A stretch of DNA of 64,000 bases from Turicibacter sp. (GTDB taxonomy: Bacteria; Bacillota_I; Bacilli_A; MOL361; Turicibacteraceae): contig WRAJ01000002.1 of NCBI GenBank assembly GCA_009780245.1, positions 50,988-114,987 on the forward strand. Direction: 5' to 3'. Shown here in pieces: positions 8,787 through 17,892 of the stretch. Every line of letters begins with the position of its first letter. Positions within the stretch are counted from its first letter, which is position 1. The notes under the pieces are model-generated. The model was not told the origin of the DNA. It made no database searches and saw nothing but the letters and a program-made list of their open reading frames with translations. The translations under genes were made by a program, and so were the position numbers.

Positions 8787-10280
8787 TTATAACCGTTCCA
8801 TAAACCGTTCTACACCTGCAAGCCCCGCGTCATCCAATTTATAAACCCCGCAACACGCTAGTATTTCAGCAAATTTCAATCCAACGTCTTGCTCAATCAA
8901 GGTTTCAATTTCTTTCTCGCTCAACCCAGCGCTTCGTTCCATTAATTCGAAAAACCACGGTTGATGCTTTTTTAAATCGGCACGTACTAAAATCTCAACG
9001 TCCGCGACCACTAATGCTTGTTTCAGCGTTTCAAGCTCCGAAACTAATCGCCCCGGCAAAATGGCAAGCCCCATCACTTCAATCAGACCGATGTTTTCTT
9101 TTTTCAAATGGTGATAGTGTTGATGGGGATGAAACATCCCATCTGGGTGCTCATCCGATGTTCGATTATTCCGCAACACAAGGTCGAGCTCATAATAGCC
9201 GTCTCGCAACCGAGCAATCGGTGTAAGCGTGTTATGCGGCTGTTCGTTTGTCATCGCATAAATACCACACAACGGATCACTATAACCACGCCAAGCCACC
9301 AAAATATGCGTCGCTAAATCAACCAATTGCACAACCTCTTTGCCCCTCAACCGCAACGTCGTCAGCGGCCAATGAAGCAACTGGGCAGCCACCTCATCAA
9401 ACTTCGGAATCGTAAACGTCCGTAAAACTGCCGCCCGCGCCATCGCAAATTCATAATCCCCACCTTGAAAATGCTCATGAACTAAAATGGACCCTCCCAC
9501 AATCGGCAAATCGGCATTTGACCCGACAAAATAATGATTAAACCGATCGACAAAGGCAAATAACCGCTCAAAAGTCAACCGTGAAATGGCCATCGGCTCG
9601 TGCTCTGCTTTCAACACGATGCAATGCTCGTTGTAATACACGTAAGGTGAATATTGCAAATACCATTGCTCCTCTACCAAAGTAACAGGTACAACGCGGT
9701 GATTTTGTCTAGCTGGCCGGTTCAAATTGCCAGCATAGCCAACGTTTTCTTTACATAGTACACACTTCGGATAACCGCTACTTGGTAGTGATTTCGCCAG
9801 CGCAATGGTTTTCGGATCTTTTTCCGGCTTTGATAAATTAATCGTTAAATCAAGCTCACCGTAAGCCGTCATCACTTTCCAACGGCGATCTTTTTTAATG
9901 CGCGCAGTCCGAATATAATGCGATGCCTGACTCAACTGATAAAAATAGTCCGTTGCTTTTCTCGGGGCTTGCGCGTAACGTGCCTCAAATTCCGCATTGA
10001 CTTCTGATGGTCGCGGCATGAGCAACCCCATCACCTTGGCATCAAAAAGGTCCCGTTCATCTACCGTGTCGTGTTTTACGATGTTTTTACGAACGGCCTC
10101 ATTCAAAATTACCCCTAATATTTCCTCAATCCCTTGATCATCCCTAGTCGCTTCACGCTCAAACGTCTCAACCTCTAATAATGCCAGCAATTGATTTACC
10201 ACAAAATCAGTATCAGCCGGTTGTAACAAACCTTGTTTTAATCCATAATCTACCAACTCGTTTATGGCTTGATTAATCAT
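8787..10280 (-). CDS. galT: Galactose-1-phosphate uridylyltransferase (family 2, long Firmicutes type)
   Basis: 497 aa with a family-2 GalT sequence (…LVHEHFQGG…). Immediately downstream of galK. Confidence 0.9.
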   Translation of the reverse strand: MINQAINELVDYGLKQGLLQPADTDFVVNQLLALLEVETFEREATRDDQGIEEILGVILNEAVRKNIVKHDTVDERDLFDAKVMGLLMPRPSEVNAEFEARYAQAPRKATDYFYQLSQASHYIRTARIKKDRRWKVMTAYGELDLTINLSKPEKDPKTIALAKSLPSSGYPKCVLCKENVGYAGNLNRPARQNHRVVPVTLVEEQWYLQYSPYVYYNEHCIVLKAEHEPMAISRLTFERLFAFVDRFNHYFVGSNADLPIVGGSILVHEHFQGGDYEFAMARAAVLRTFTIPKFDEVAAQLLHWPLTTLRLRGKEVVQLVDLATHILVAWRGYSDPLCGIYAMTNEQPHNTLTPIARLRDGYYELDLVLRNNRTSDEHPDGMFHPHQHYHHLKKENIGLIEVMGLAILPGRLVSELETLKQALVVADVEILVRADLKKHQPWFFELMERSAGLSEKEIETLIEQDVGLKFAEILACCGVYKLDDAGLAGVERFMERL

Positions 10281-10286
10281 TGACGC

Positions 10287-11468
10287 CTACACCACCTCTA
10301 ATTTTTTCGCGCCGTCACCAATGGCAGCCACGTAGAAGTCAGCTTCGTACCCGACTTTTTCCACGTAACCTTTCGCAACGGCTGCTTTTACCGCTTCCAA
10401 CTGATCCTGATGAACAAGAGCGATGGCACAACCCCCAAATCCCGCGCCCGTCATCCTAGCACCGAGCACACCTTCTTGTTGTCTGGTAAGCATCACAATG
10501 GTATCCAATTCAGCACCGGTGACCTCGTAATCATCGCGCAAAGAAAGATGCGATTGATCGAGCAAGTCACCAAATGCGACTAAATCACGGTTTGCCAGTG
10601 CTTGAATCGCTAATTTCACACGCTCGTTTTCAGTGATCGCATGTTTGGCACGTTTATACAAGTTCTCTTTGACCAGCACCTCTGAAACCCGATCAAATTC
10701 AGCAACGGTTAACTCACACAAGGCATTCAGGTTCGACGTGCCCTGTAAGAGCGCAAGGGCAGCTTCACATTCGGCACGACGTTCGTTGTATTTTGAATCA
10801 GCAAGCTCGCGTTGTTTGTTCGTGTTCATAATTAAAATGCGGTAGTCCTGTAGGTCACAATCCGCGTACGCGTAGCTTAAATCGTTGGTGTTAAGTTTAA
10901 TGGCTTGATCTTTCTTCCCCATGGCAATGGCAAACTGATCCATGATGCCGCAATTCACACCGACATAGTCATTTTCAGCTTTTTGACCGAGCTTCGCGTT
11001 TGTTATCCCATCGATTTCGAAGCCATTTAAGTCGCTCAGGATGAGCCCGATCAATACTTCTAATGAGGCAGAGGATGACAAGCCGGCACCGCTTGGAATA
11101 TTACCCGCGATATAAGCATTAAATCCCTGTTTCATTTCGTATCCTGCTTCCATGAACACAGCGATCACCCCTTTGACGTATACGCTCCAAGGTTCATCCG
11201 TTTTCCGAGCAAGGTCGGTTACCTCACATTCAATCACACCTTCTTTTGCGAAATTCTCGGAATATAACACCACTTTGCTATCCTCACGAGGGGTAACGGC
11301 TGCGTAGGTGCCGAACGTAATGGCCGCTGGAAAAACGAAGCCACCGTTGTAGTCAATGTGTTCTCCAATTAAGTTGATCCGCCCGGGCGCGAAGAACAAC
11401 TGCACTTCTTTGCTTGTCTCTGTTTTGAATACGTTGAAAAAGCGTGATTTTAATTCATTTAGCTCCAT
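10287..11468 (-). CDS. galK: Galactokinase
   Basis: 393 aa. GHMP kinase motifs GRINLIGEHIDYNGG and PSGAGLSSSASL. Confidence 0.9.
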   Translation of the reverse strand: MELNELKSRFFNVFKTETSKEVQLFFAPGRINLIGEHIDYNGGFVFPAAITFGTYAAVTPREDSKVVLYSENFAKEGVIECEVTDLARKTDEPWSVYVKGVIAVFMEAGYEMKQGFNAYIAGNIPSGAGLSSSASLEVLIGLILSDLNGFEIDGITNAKLGQKAENDYVGVNCGIMDQFAIAMGKKDQAIKLNTNDLSYAYADCDLQDYRILIMNTNKQRELADSKYNERRAECEAALALLQGTSNLNALCELTVAEFDRVSEVLVKENLYKRAKHAITENERVKLAIQALANRDLVAFGDLLDQSHLSLRDDYEVTGAELDTIVMLTRQQEGVLGARMTGAGFGGCAIALVHQDQLEAVKAAVAKGYVEKVGYEADFYVAAIGDGAKKLEVV

Positions 11469-11606
11469 TTAAATCCACTCCACTCTTGTACTTACTGTTT
11501 CCCCTATTATACCATCAGTCGAAATTTTTTGCACGCAGATCTTGTTAATCCCGTCCGTTCCGAGTATAATGATGCTAATAGTTTTTACAAAGGATGGTAT
11601 GAAACA

Positions 11607-12395
11607 ATGAAATTATTCGGTTCAGATTATGATGGGACGTTTTACAAACATGAAAATCGCGGTGAAAATGAATTAGCAGAAAACATCGCAGCAGTAGAAA
11701 AATGGCGTGAAGCTGGTCATCTTTTTGCCTTTGCAACTGGTCGCTCAATCGGAGAAATGGCCTACGATCGCATCATCAACCACATCACATTCGATTACCT
11801 CGTCGGTTTAAACGGCGGTATCATTATTAATCACAAAGACGAAGTGATGTTCAGAGCACTTATTGAGCCAAGCGTTGCCAGTGAAATCGTGGACCTTATT
11901 CAAGCGCGAAACTTCGGACGCTTATCTGTGACAGACGGTTTTAAAGGTCACTACCCCATTGCCCTTTTTGAAGGTGAATACGCAGAAAGCTTAGCTCAAT
12001 ACCCAGAAATTGTTGCCAACTTCTCCTTGACCTTAGAAGAAGCATTGGCAAATCCCGTCGCCATGATCGCACTTTCAACCGCAAACACAGAAGAAGCCGT
12101 TGCTTTTGCGACCCTAGTGAACGAGACTTTCGCTGGCCAAGTCACCGCTTTTGCAAACTTGCAACACGTTGATATCGCTGCTGCTGGGACTTCGAAAGCA
12201 ACTGGGCTTGAATACGTTGCGAAGCGTTATAGCATCGATAAAAATAACGTTTTTGGCATGGGTGACAGTTACAATGACGTGCCGATGCTTGAAAATTTCA
12301 ATGGCTTCACCCTTCCAGAAGCAAACGATGAAATAAAGTCATTCGCTGATAACGTTTATGAAACGGTGGCGGCTGCCATCAAGGATGTCATTTAA
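11607..12395 (+). CDS. Cof-type HAD-IIB phosphatase
   Basis: MKLFGSDYDGTF (DxDGT motif) and a C-terminal GDSYNDVPML motif. Start moved to ATG 11607 (AAAGGATGG RBS upstream). Confidence 0.8.
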   Translation: MKLFGSDYDGTFYKHENRGENELAENIAAVEKWREAGHLFAFATGRSIGEMAYDRIINHITFDYLVGLNGGIIINHKDEVMFRALIEPSVASEIVDLIQARNFGRLSVTDGFKGHYPIALFEGEYAESLAQYPEIVANFSLTLEEALANPVAMIALSTANTEEAVAFATLVNETFAGQVTAFANLQHVDIAAAGTSKATGLEYVAKRYSIDKNNVFGMGDSYNDVPMLENFNGFTLPEANDEIKSFADNVYETVAAAIKDVI

Positions 12396-12403
12396 ATATC
12401 AGC

Positions 12404-12455
12404 AAAAAGCCAAGAAGTTGAAGTGCATGACGTGCCTCTCATTTCTTGGCTTTTC
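12404..12455. terminator. Stem-loop between convergent genes (AAGCCAAGAA ... TTCTTGGCTT)
   Basis: 10-bp stem with a long loop, flanked by an A-run and a T-run. Confidence 0.45.
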
Positions 12456-12462
12456 TATTTAA

Positions 12463-15400
12463 CTAAAACCAGCAAGACTGATCAGAGTATCTATTCTCTT
12501 GCACCCAATTGCAGCAAATGTTGCATTGGCGATATTGGCGCTTTTTTACGGGAGGCTGGCACCAAGAAGGTGACACATGGTGACAACTGCAGCAATCACA
12601 TTGGCATGGCTGAGATGGTCTTGGAGGTTTAGGTGGTCGCGGCTTCGGGTGTGGCCGAGGTACTTTGACGATTGGTGGGTTCGGTTCAATCACTTCTACT
12701 TCGTTTCCGCCGTTTCCAGGGTTAACTACCGCAACATTCGGCTGCAATTGTCCAGCCGGGACGCGGTCGCTTAAAGTAACTGGCAAATAGACATGAGCCG
12801 TTTCACCCGGCGCAAGTGCAAATTCAGCCGAGAGCTTCAAGTTTTGATTATCACCTAAATTAACCAATCTTCCGCGGTCGCTGGCTGGCACGCCTGTCAA
12901 CCTAATGTATCTTGGTAAGACATCCTCAATCGTAAATGGATTGGCTGTTGGGACAGATCCTGTATTAGTAATGGTTAATGTGTAGTAGAAGGAATCACCT
13001 GGCATGAGCTCTTTGTCAGAGGCTTGCTTAGTAACTTCTAATTCTGGGACTCGAATCGCAACGATTGGTGGTACCAGTTCGATGACAAGATTCGGAGTTC
13101 CACTACCACCTGGATCAACCACGACGGTGTTTGGTGTCAACTGCCCTTCTGGGGCACTCGTAGAGGCGATAACAGGTAAGGTGATGGTGATGCTTTCACC
13201 AGCTGCGATGTGGTTGGCTACTGAAAGATTCAAGTCGGTATTCGTTCCGTTGTTCGTGACGATACTGCCATCTGACGCCGTTGGTGTGCCATTTAAAGAG
13301 ACGTACTGTGGTAGCGTATCAGTGATAGTAAACGGACTAGCGGTTGAAATGCTGCCGCGATTAGTAATCGTAATGATGTAGTTGAACGTTTCACCTGGTG
13401 AGATGGTATTAGAAGTATCGTTAACTTTGTTTACTTCTATTTTCGGATTAGCCACGATCGGTGGTGTGATTTCTACGCCTGGTGTTGGCGTATCGCCACC
13501 TCCTGGGTCTACCACAATCGTGTTTGCTGCTAGTTGTCCGGTCGGTGCATTGGTTGCTGCGACAACTGGAATGATCACCGTGATCGTCTCACCTGCTGGA
13601 ATGCTAGTTGCAACTGACAGGTTGAGGTTAGTATTCGTTCCCGAGTTAGTCACCGCACCTGCTGTTGAAGTCGGTGTGCCATTCAACGTCACATATGGTG
13701 GCAACGTATCGGTGATCGTAATCGGATTGCCCGTTGCAGCGCTTCCTGTGTTTTGAATGGTCACGATGTAATCAAAGGCATCGCCTGGTGCAATCGTGCT
13801 AGTGGTATCATTGGTTTTGGTGACGCTTAAGCCTGAGATAATAACGGTTGGTGGTGTAATTTCTATGCCTGTTGTTGGCGTATCGCCGCCTCCTGGGTCT
13901 ACCACAGCCGTATTTGACGCAAGTTGCCCCGCTGGTGCCGTGGTTGAGACCGTCACTGGTAACGTGATCGTGATCGTGCTACCTGCTGGAATCGCAGTTG
14001 CTACCGAGAGGTTGAGATTAGTATTCGTACCAGTGTTGGTCACTGTACCAGCGGTGGATGAAGGTGCGCCAGTTAAAGTGACATACTGAGGCAGTATATC
14101 GGTGATGGTGATTGGATTTTCTGTTGAAACAGAGCTAGTATTAGTAATCGTGATGATGTAGTTATAAGAAGTGCCCGGTGGAATTGGTGCCGTTGTATCG
14201 TTGGTTTTCGATACGGTTAATTCAGCTCTCACATCAGGATCAGGTCCCGTGACAATCGGTGGATTTGGATCCACACCTGTCCCTGTTCCGCCATTATCAC
14301 CTGGATCTGCGACAGCGGTATTAGCAGCTAATTGTCCCGCTGGTGCTGTGGTTGAGACGGTCACTGGTAAGGCGATGATAATGCTACCGTTTGGTGCCAA
14401 GCTCGTTGCTACCGAGAGATTAAGTGCCGTGTTCGTGCCTGAATTTGTTACTGCCGCCCCGTCTGATGAGGTTGGTGTGCCGGTTAACGTGACAGATGGT
14501 GGTAAGTTGTCGGTAATCGTAACTGGATTGGCCGTTGGAAGGGTCCCGATATTGGTGATGACCAAGGTATAGTTAAAAGTTGTCCCAGGTGGTATTGGCG
14601 CTGTTGTATCGTTGGTTTTTGTGACTGTGAGTAATGGGTCGGCGATGGTTGGTGGATTTGGTTCGATACCCGTTTCTGGATCACCACCGCCACCTGGATC
14701 AACGATTGCCGTGTTGGTCGTTAATTGTCCGGTTGGCGCATTTGTTGCTGCGGTAACCGGCAGTGTGATGGTGATGCTGCCGTTTGGCGCAAGGCTTGTT
14801 GCCACCGAGAGATTCAGCGCAGTATTAGTTCCTGAATTCGTCACCGCTGCGCCATCGGATGAAGTTGGCGTGCCGGTTAAGGTGACAGATGGCGGTAAGT
14901 TGTCCGTGATGGTAATGGGGTTCGCCGTTGCTAGTCCACCTGTGTTCGTAATGGTGATGATGTAGTTAAAGTTGGCGCCTGGTGGAATCAGAGTTGGTGC
15001 ATCGTTGGTCTTTTCCACGAGCAGTTGTGGTAAGGCAACGACAGGTGGATGTGGCTCGACCGCTGTCACTGGTGGACCATCACCACCAGGGTCTACCGTT
15101 GCTGCGTTTGCTGCTAGCTCACCAACAGGCGCTGTACTTGATACCGTTACTGGCAAGGTCACCGTGATACTACCGTTTGGTGCCAGACTGGTTGCTACGG
15201 CGAGGTTCAGCGCGGTATTAGTTCCTGAATTCGTCACTGCTGCGCCATCGGATGAAGTTGGCGTACCGGTTAAGGTGACAGATGGTGGTAAGTTGTCGGT
15301 AATCGTAATCGGATTCGCTGTTGCCGTGCTACCTATGTTTTGAATGGTCAACAAATAGTCAAAGGTCGTTCCCGGTGGTATTGGGCTTGCTGCATTGTTG

Positions 15401-16284
15401 CTCTTTGTCACCGTTATCCCATTGGTAGCTACTGTAGGTGGTGTGATCTCAGTGCCCGTTGCTGGTGGGTTGTTATTACCTGGATCCACGGTTGCGGCAT
15501 TGGCTAATAGCTGACCGGCTGGTGCAGTCGTTGATACCGTTACTGGCAGGGTCACTGTCGTTGTGCCACCTGGTGGAACACTGCCAGCTACTGACAAGTT
15601 CAAATTCGTTGCTGTGCCTGAATTCGTCACTGTTCCTGCTGGTGACGTCGGTGTACCAGTCAAAGTGAGATACTGAGGCAATGCATCCGTAATGGTAAAC
15701 GGATTTGCCGTTGCTTGATTCCCGTTGTTAGTAATGGTGATTGTATAGTTAAACGTTGCTCCTGGTGGAATTGATCCGACTACATCGCTGACTTTTGTCA
15801 CCGCCACCGGATTGGCACGGTAGTTGATATCGTAATTGTTTAAGACGTTATTGCCAATGGAAATGGCTGCTGGATCGGCAATGCTTGGCGTGCCGGTTAA
15901 GCTTGGCGCAGGTCCTGTGTAAGCAACGCTCGCCGTGTTCCCCTGAAATGAATCAGTCGGATCAATGACCAGATTCGGATAATTGGTCGGTGATACTGGT
16001 GGAAACGAGTAAGGTGGTGCCGTGGCATCGAAGATCGCACCGCCATCTCCCGTTGTTGCCGCGTTGCTTGTATAGGTTGTACCGGTTGAAGCGTACATCG
16101 GTGTTGTTTGTCCGGTTGCAGGTTTTTCTAAATAGACACCTCCCCCGTTATTGGTTGCCGTATTTGTGTTATAGGTACTTCCTGTATCCGTTACAGCACC
16201 GCCAGCCGCCACATAACCACCGCCCCCATTAGCAGCCGAGTTATTACTGATGGTATTGGCAGAATTAAAAATTAAAGTTGCCAT
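12463..16284 (-). CDS. 1273-aa leaderless repeat protein: N-terminal Pmp-like GGG beta-helix repeats, 8 DUF11 (conserved repeat domain) units, Pro/Lys-rich linker and Cys-cluster C-terminal tail
   Basis: GGAG RBS 8 nt before ATG. N-terminus MATLIFNSANTISNNSAANGGGGY has no signal peptide. Eight units of about 125-130 aa of the type VTKTND..PPG..F.Y...I.N.G...A.NP.TITD.LP..V.L.G.P....G.V.N.G..T.LNL. C-terminus PRPHPKPRPPKPPRPSQPCQCDCCSCHH...QCNICCNW...SCWF. Confidence 0.85.
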   Translation of the reverse strand: MATLIFNSANTISNNSAANGGGGYVAAGGAVTDTGSTYNTNTATNNGGGVYLEKPATGQTTPMYASTGTTYTSNAATTGDGGAIFDATAPPYSFPPVSPTNYPNLVIDPTDSFQGNTASVAYTGPAPSLTGTPSIADPAAISIGNNVLNNYDINYRANPVAVTKVSDVVGSIPPGATFNYTITITNNGNQATANPFTITDALPQYLTLTGTPTSPAGTVTNSGTATNLNLSVAGSVPPGGTTTVTLPVTVSTTAPAGQLLANAATVDPGNNNPPATGTEITPPTVATNGITVTKSNNAASPIPPGTTFDYLLTIQNIGSTATANPITITDNLPPSVTLTGTPTSSDGAAVTNSGTNTALNLAVATSLAPNGSITVTLPVTVSSTAPVGELAANAATVDPGGDGPPVTAVEPHPPVVALPQLLVEKTNDAPTLIPPGANFNYIITITNTGGLATANPITITDNLPPSVTLTGTPTSSDGAAVTNSGTNTALNLSVATSLAPNGSITITLPVTAATNAPTGQLTTNTAIVDPGGGGDPETGIEPNPPTIADPLLTVTKTNDTTAPIPPGTTFNYTLVITNIGTLPTANPVTITDNLPPSVTLTGTPTSSDGAAVTNSGTNTALNLSVATSLAPNGSIIIALPVTVSTTAPAGQLAANTAVADPGDNGGTGTGVDPNPPIVTGPDPDVRAELTVSKTNDTTAPIPPGTSYNYIITITNTSSVSTENPITITDILPQYVTLTGAPSSTAGTVTNTGTNTNLNLSVATAIPAGSTITITLPVTVSTTAPAGQLASNTAVVDPGGGDTPTTGIEITPPTVIISGLSVTKTNDTTSTIAPGDAFDYIVTIQNTGSAATGNPITITDTLPPYVTLNGTPTSTAGAVTNSGTNTNLNLSVATSIPAGETITVIIPVVAATNAPTGQLAANTIVVDPGGGDTPTPGVEITPPIVANPKIEVNKVNDTSNTISPGETFNYIITITNRGSISTASPFTITDTLPQYVSLNGTPTASDGSIVTNNGTNTDLNLSVANHIAAGESITITLPVIASTSAPEGQLTPNTVVVDPGGSGTPNLVIELVPPIVAIRVPELEVTKQASDKELMPGDSFYYTLTITNTGSVPTANPFTIEDVLPRYIRLTGVPASDRGRLVNLGDNQNLKLSAEFALAPGETAHVYLPVTLSDRVPAGQLQPNVAVVNPGNGGNEVEVIEPNPPIVKVPRPHPKPRPPKPPRPSQPCQCDCCSCHHVSPSWCQPPVKKRQYRQCNICCNWVQENRYSDQSCWF
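12714..15790 (-). repeat. Tandem coding repeats (8 x about 380 bp DUF11 units)
   Basis: Periodic protein repeats. The antisense frames also stay open (ORF-track entries 13004..15343), as expected for repetitive, compositionally biased DNA. Confidence 0.85.
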
Positions 16285-16431
16285 TGTTCATACTCCTTTC
16301 TTTAATCAGTTTTATAGGCAATGGCGAAAAGCTATTCAGTGAATGCGGAATATCACGTGTTTTCTGAAAATCTATTAATACGTGATAGTTTTTACTTTTC
16401 GCAATTGTCTAATCGGTTTTTAGTGGATGAC

Positions 16432-17694
16432 TTACGCTGTGATGTAATAGCCACCACCGTTGTTATCGGCGATATTACCATCAATTAGGCTGCCGTTTAC
16501 TGTGGCTGCTGCAGCATTACAAATGTGAAGGCCGCCACCATCAGCATGTGCCGTATTGCTAAAGATAGCCGCTTTGGTAATGGTTGCTGTTGCCGTTGCA
16601 GGCGTTGCCGCTCCTAGATAAGGAGAGCCATCCGATTGCGTACCCATGGAAATTCCGCCACCGTTAACCGCTGCTGTGTTATAGGCAATGCACGGCTCAC
16701 CGGATGTTGGCGGAGCAGGTAAGGTGGCAGATGGTGTCCAAGTGCCATTAATCGTTAGGTTAGCATTGAGCATCGTAGAAATTCCGCCGCCATCAAGCGT
16801 CGCTGTGTTGCCTTGAATGGTGCCGCCGTTCATCGTGAAATTGTTGTATTCCTCTACGGCGATGCCACCACCAGAGCCGCCAGGGCTTGAACTAGGATTC
16901 GTAACACCATCAACCGTCGCACCTGCTTCATTATCAAGAATAAGAGCATTGTTCATAATCACCGTCGCCGGGGGTGAAGTTGTTAATGCACCGTTAAACG
17001 TATCGATGCCACCACCATGAAGGGCAGCTTTGTTGTTAGAAATAGTCCCGTTATTAATGGTTAAGATAGAGCCAGAATTGACTACTATCCCACCGCCTGA
17101 CCATTGAGAAGTATTGCCGTCAATAAGGGTTTCACCGTTGGTATTATCCATCGTAGCTGTCACGTTTTGTCCTGATAGCCAAACCCCACCGCCAGCTACT
17201 GTCGGTGTTCTTTGATGATTGTTTTGAATGGTACACCCGTCTAAAGTAACATTAGCAGTACTACCGTTGTAACCATTGTTAATGGCATCGGCTGTCAGAA
17301 TACTAACCCCAGCGCCACCAATGTTAGTCGTGACACAATTTTGTACCACACAACCTGCACCGAGATAAGTGTCCGTTATTCTCGCCGTTGAATAAACTTG
17401 AACCCCACCTCCCGAGTCACCACCATCAAGAACGATGTTTTGTAAAGTAAGACCACCAGAATTATTAAAATGTCTTTGATTGACCGTATTAGATGAAATC
17501 GTATAAGGACCACCAGAGCTCTGGATGGTTATATTAGCTACGCCTGGAATTTCTGGTACTGCGATCGTACCTTGGAAGCCACTGCCGTCCCCATCTAAAG
17601 AGATGTTGTTCATCACGTTGATGACATCACCGCTTGCTGCTGCTTGAACAGCATTGTTTAGTGAATTTGCATTTGTTGCTGTTAATGTCGCCAT
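16432..17694 (-). CDS. 420-aa leaderless right-handed beta-helix protein with Pmp-like GGG[IV] repeats
   Basis: Strong RBS (TAGGAGG). MATLTATNANSLNNAVQAAASGD... has no signal peptide. Repeated ...N.A...GGGI/V... turns (GGGVWLS, GGGIVVNS, HGGGIDT, GGGIAVE, DGGGIST, NGGGISM, DGGGLHI, NGGGYYI). Confidence 0.8.
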   Translation of the reverse strand: MATLTATNANSLNNAVQAAASGDVINVMNNISLDGDGSGFQGTIAVPEIPGVANITIQSSGGPYTISSNTVNQRHFNNSGGLTLQNIVLDGGDSGGGVQVYSTARITDTYLGAGCVVQNCVTTNIGGAGVSILTADAINNGYNGSTANVTLDGCTIQNNHQRTPTVAGGGVWLSGQNVTATMDNTNGETLIDGNTSQWSGGGIVVNSGSILTINNGTISNNKAALHGGGIDTFNGALTTSPPATVIMNNALILDNEAGATVDGVTNPSSSPGGSGGGIAVEEYNNFTMNGGTIQGNTATLDGGGISTMLNANLTINGTWTPSATLPAPPTSGEPCIAYNTAAVNGGGISMGTQSDGSPYLGAATPATATATITKAAIFSNTAHADGGGLHICNAAAATVNGSLIDGNIADNNGGGYYITA

Positions 17695-17837
17695 TTTAAA
17701 CCTCCTAAAAATTTTTCATATTGATTAACCTATCTATCGCTACATTTCCTAGTATATTCCGAAGCCATTACGATAGAGTGGGTCTTTTTATTAGGAGAAC
17801 GGACAATTATCTGTTAGGTCATTGTTTTACAAAATGA

Positions 17838-17880
17838 AAACGGCAAACACAAAGGCGAAATGCCATTGTGTTTGCCGTTT
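17838..17880. terminator. Strong hairpin terminator downstream of truA
   Basis: AAACGGCAAACACAA-13 nt-TTGTGTTTGCCGTTT, a perfect 15-bp stem. Confidence 0.7.
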
Positions 17881-17892
17881 CGAATTGTTCTG

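Noticed and set aside
8403-8792. 129-aa plus-strand ORF downstream of the kinase
   Set aside because: It overlaps the kinase 3-prime end, runs through the bidirectional terminator, and is antisense to the RBS- and promoter-equipped AgrD-like ORF. No RBS of its own.
13004-15343. Series of about 120-aa plus-strand ORFs (13004, 13382, 13796, 14171, 14612, 14972) antisense to the DUF11 giant
   Set aside because: They mirror the repeat period of the minus-strand gene, have no RBS, and are the expected open antisense frames of repetitive, compositionally biased coding DNA.
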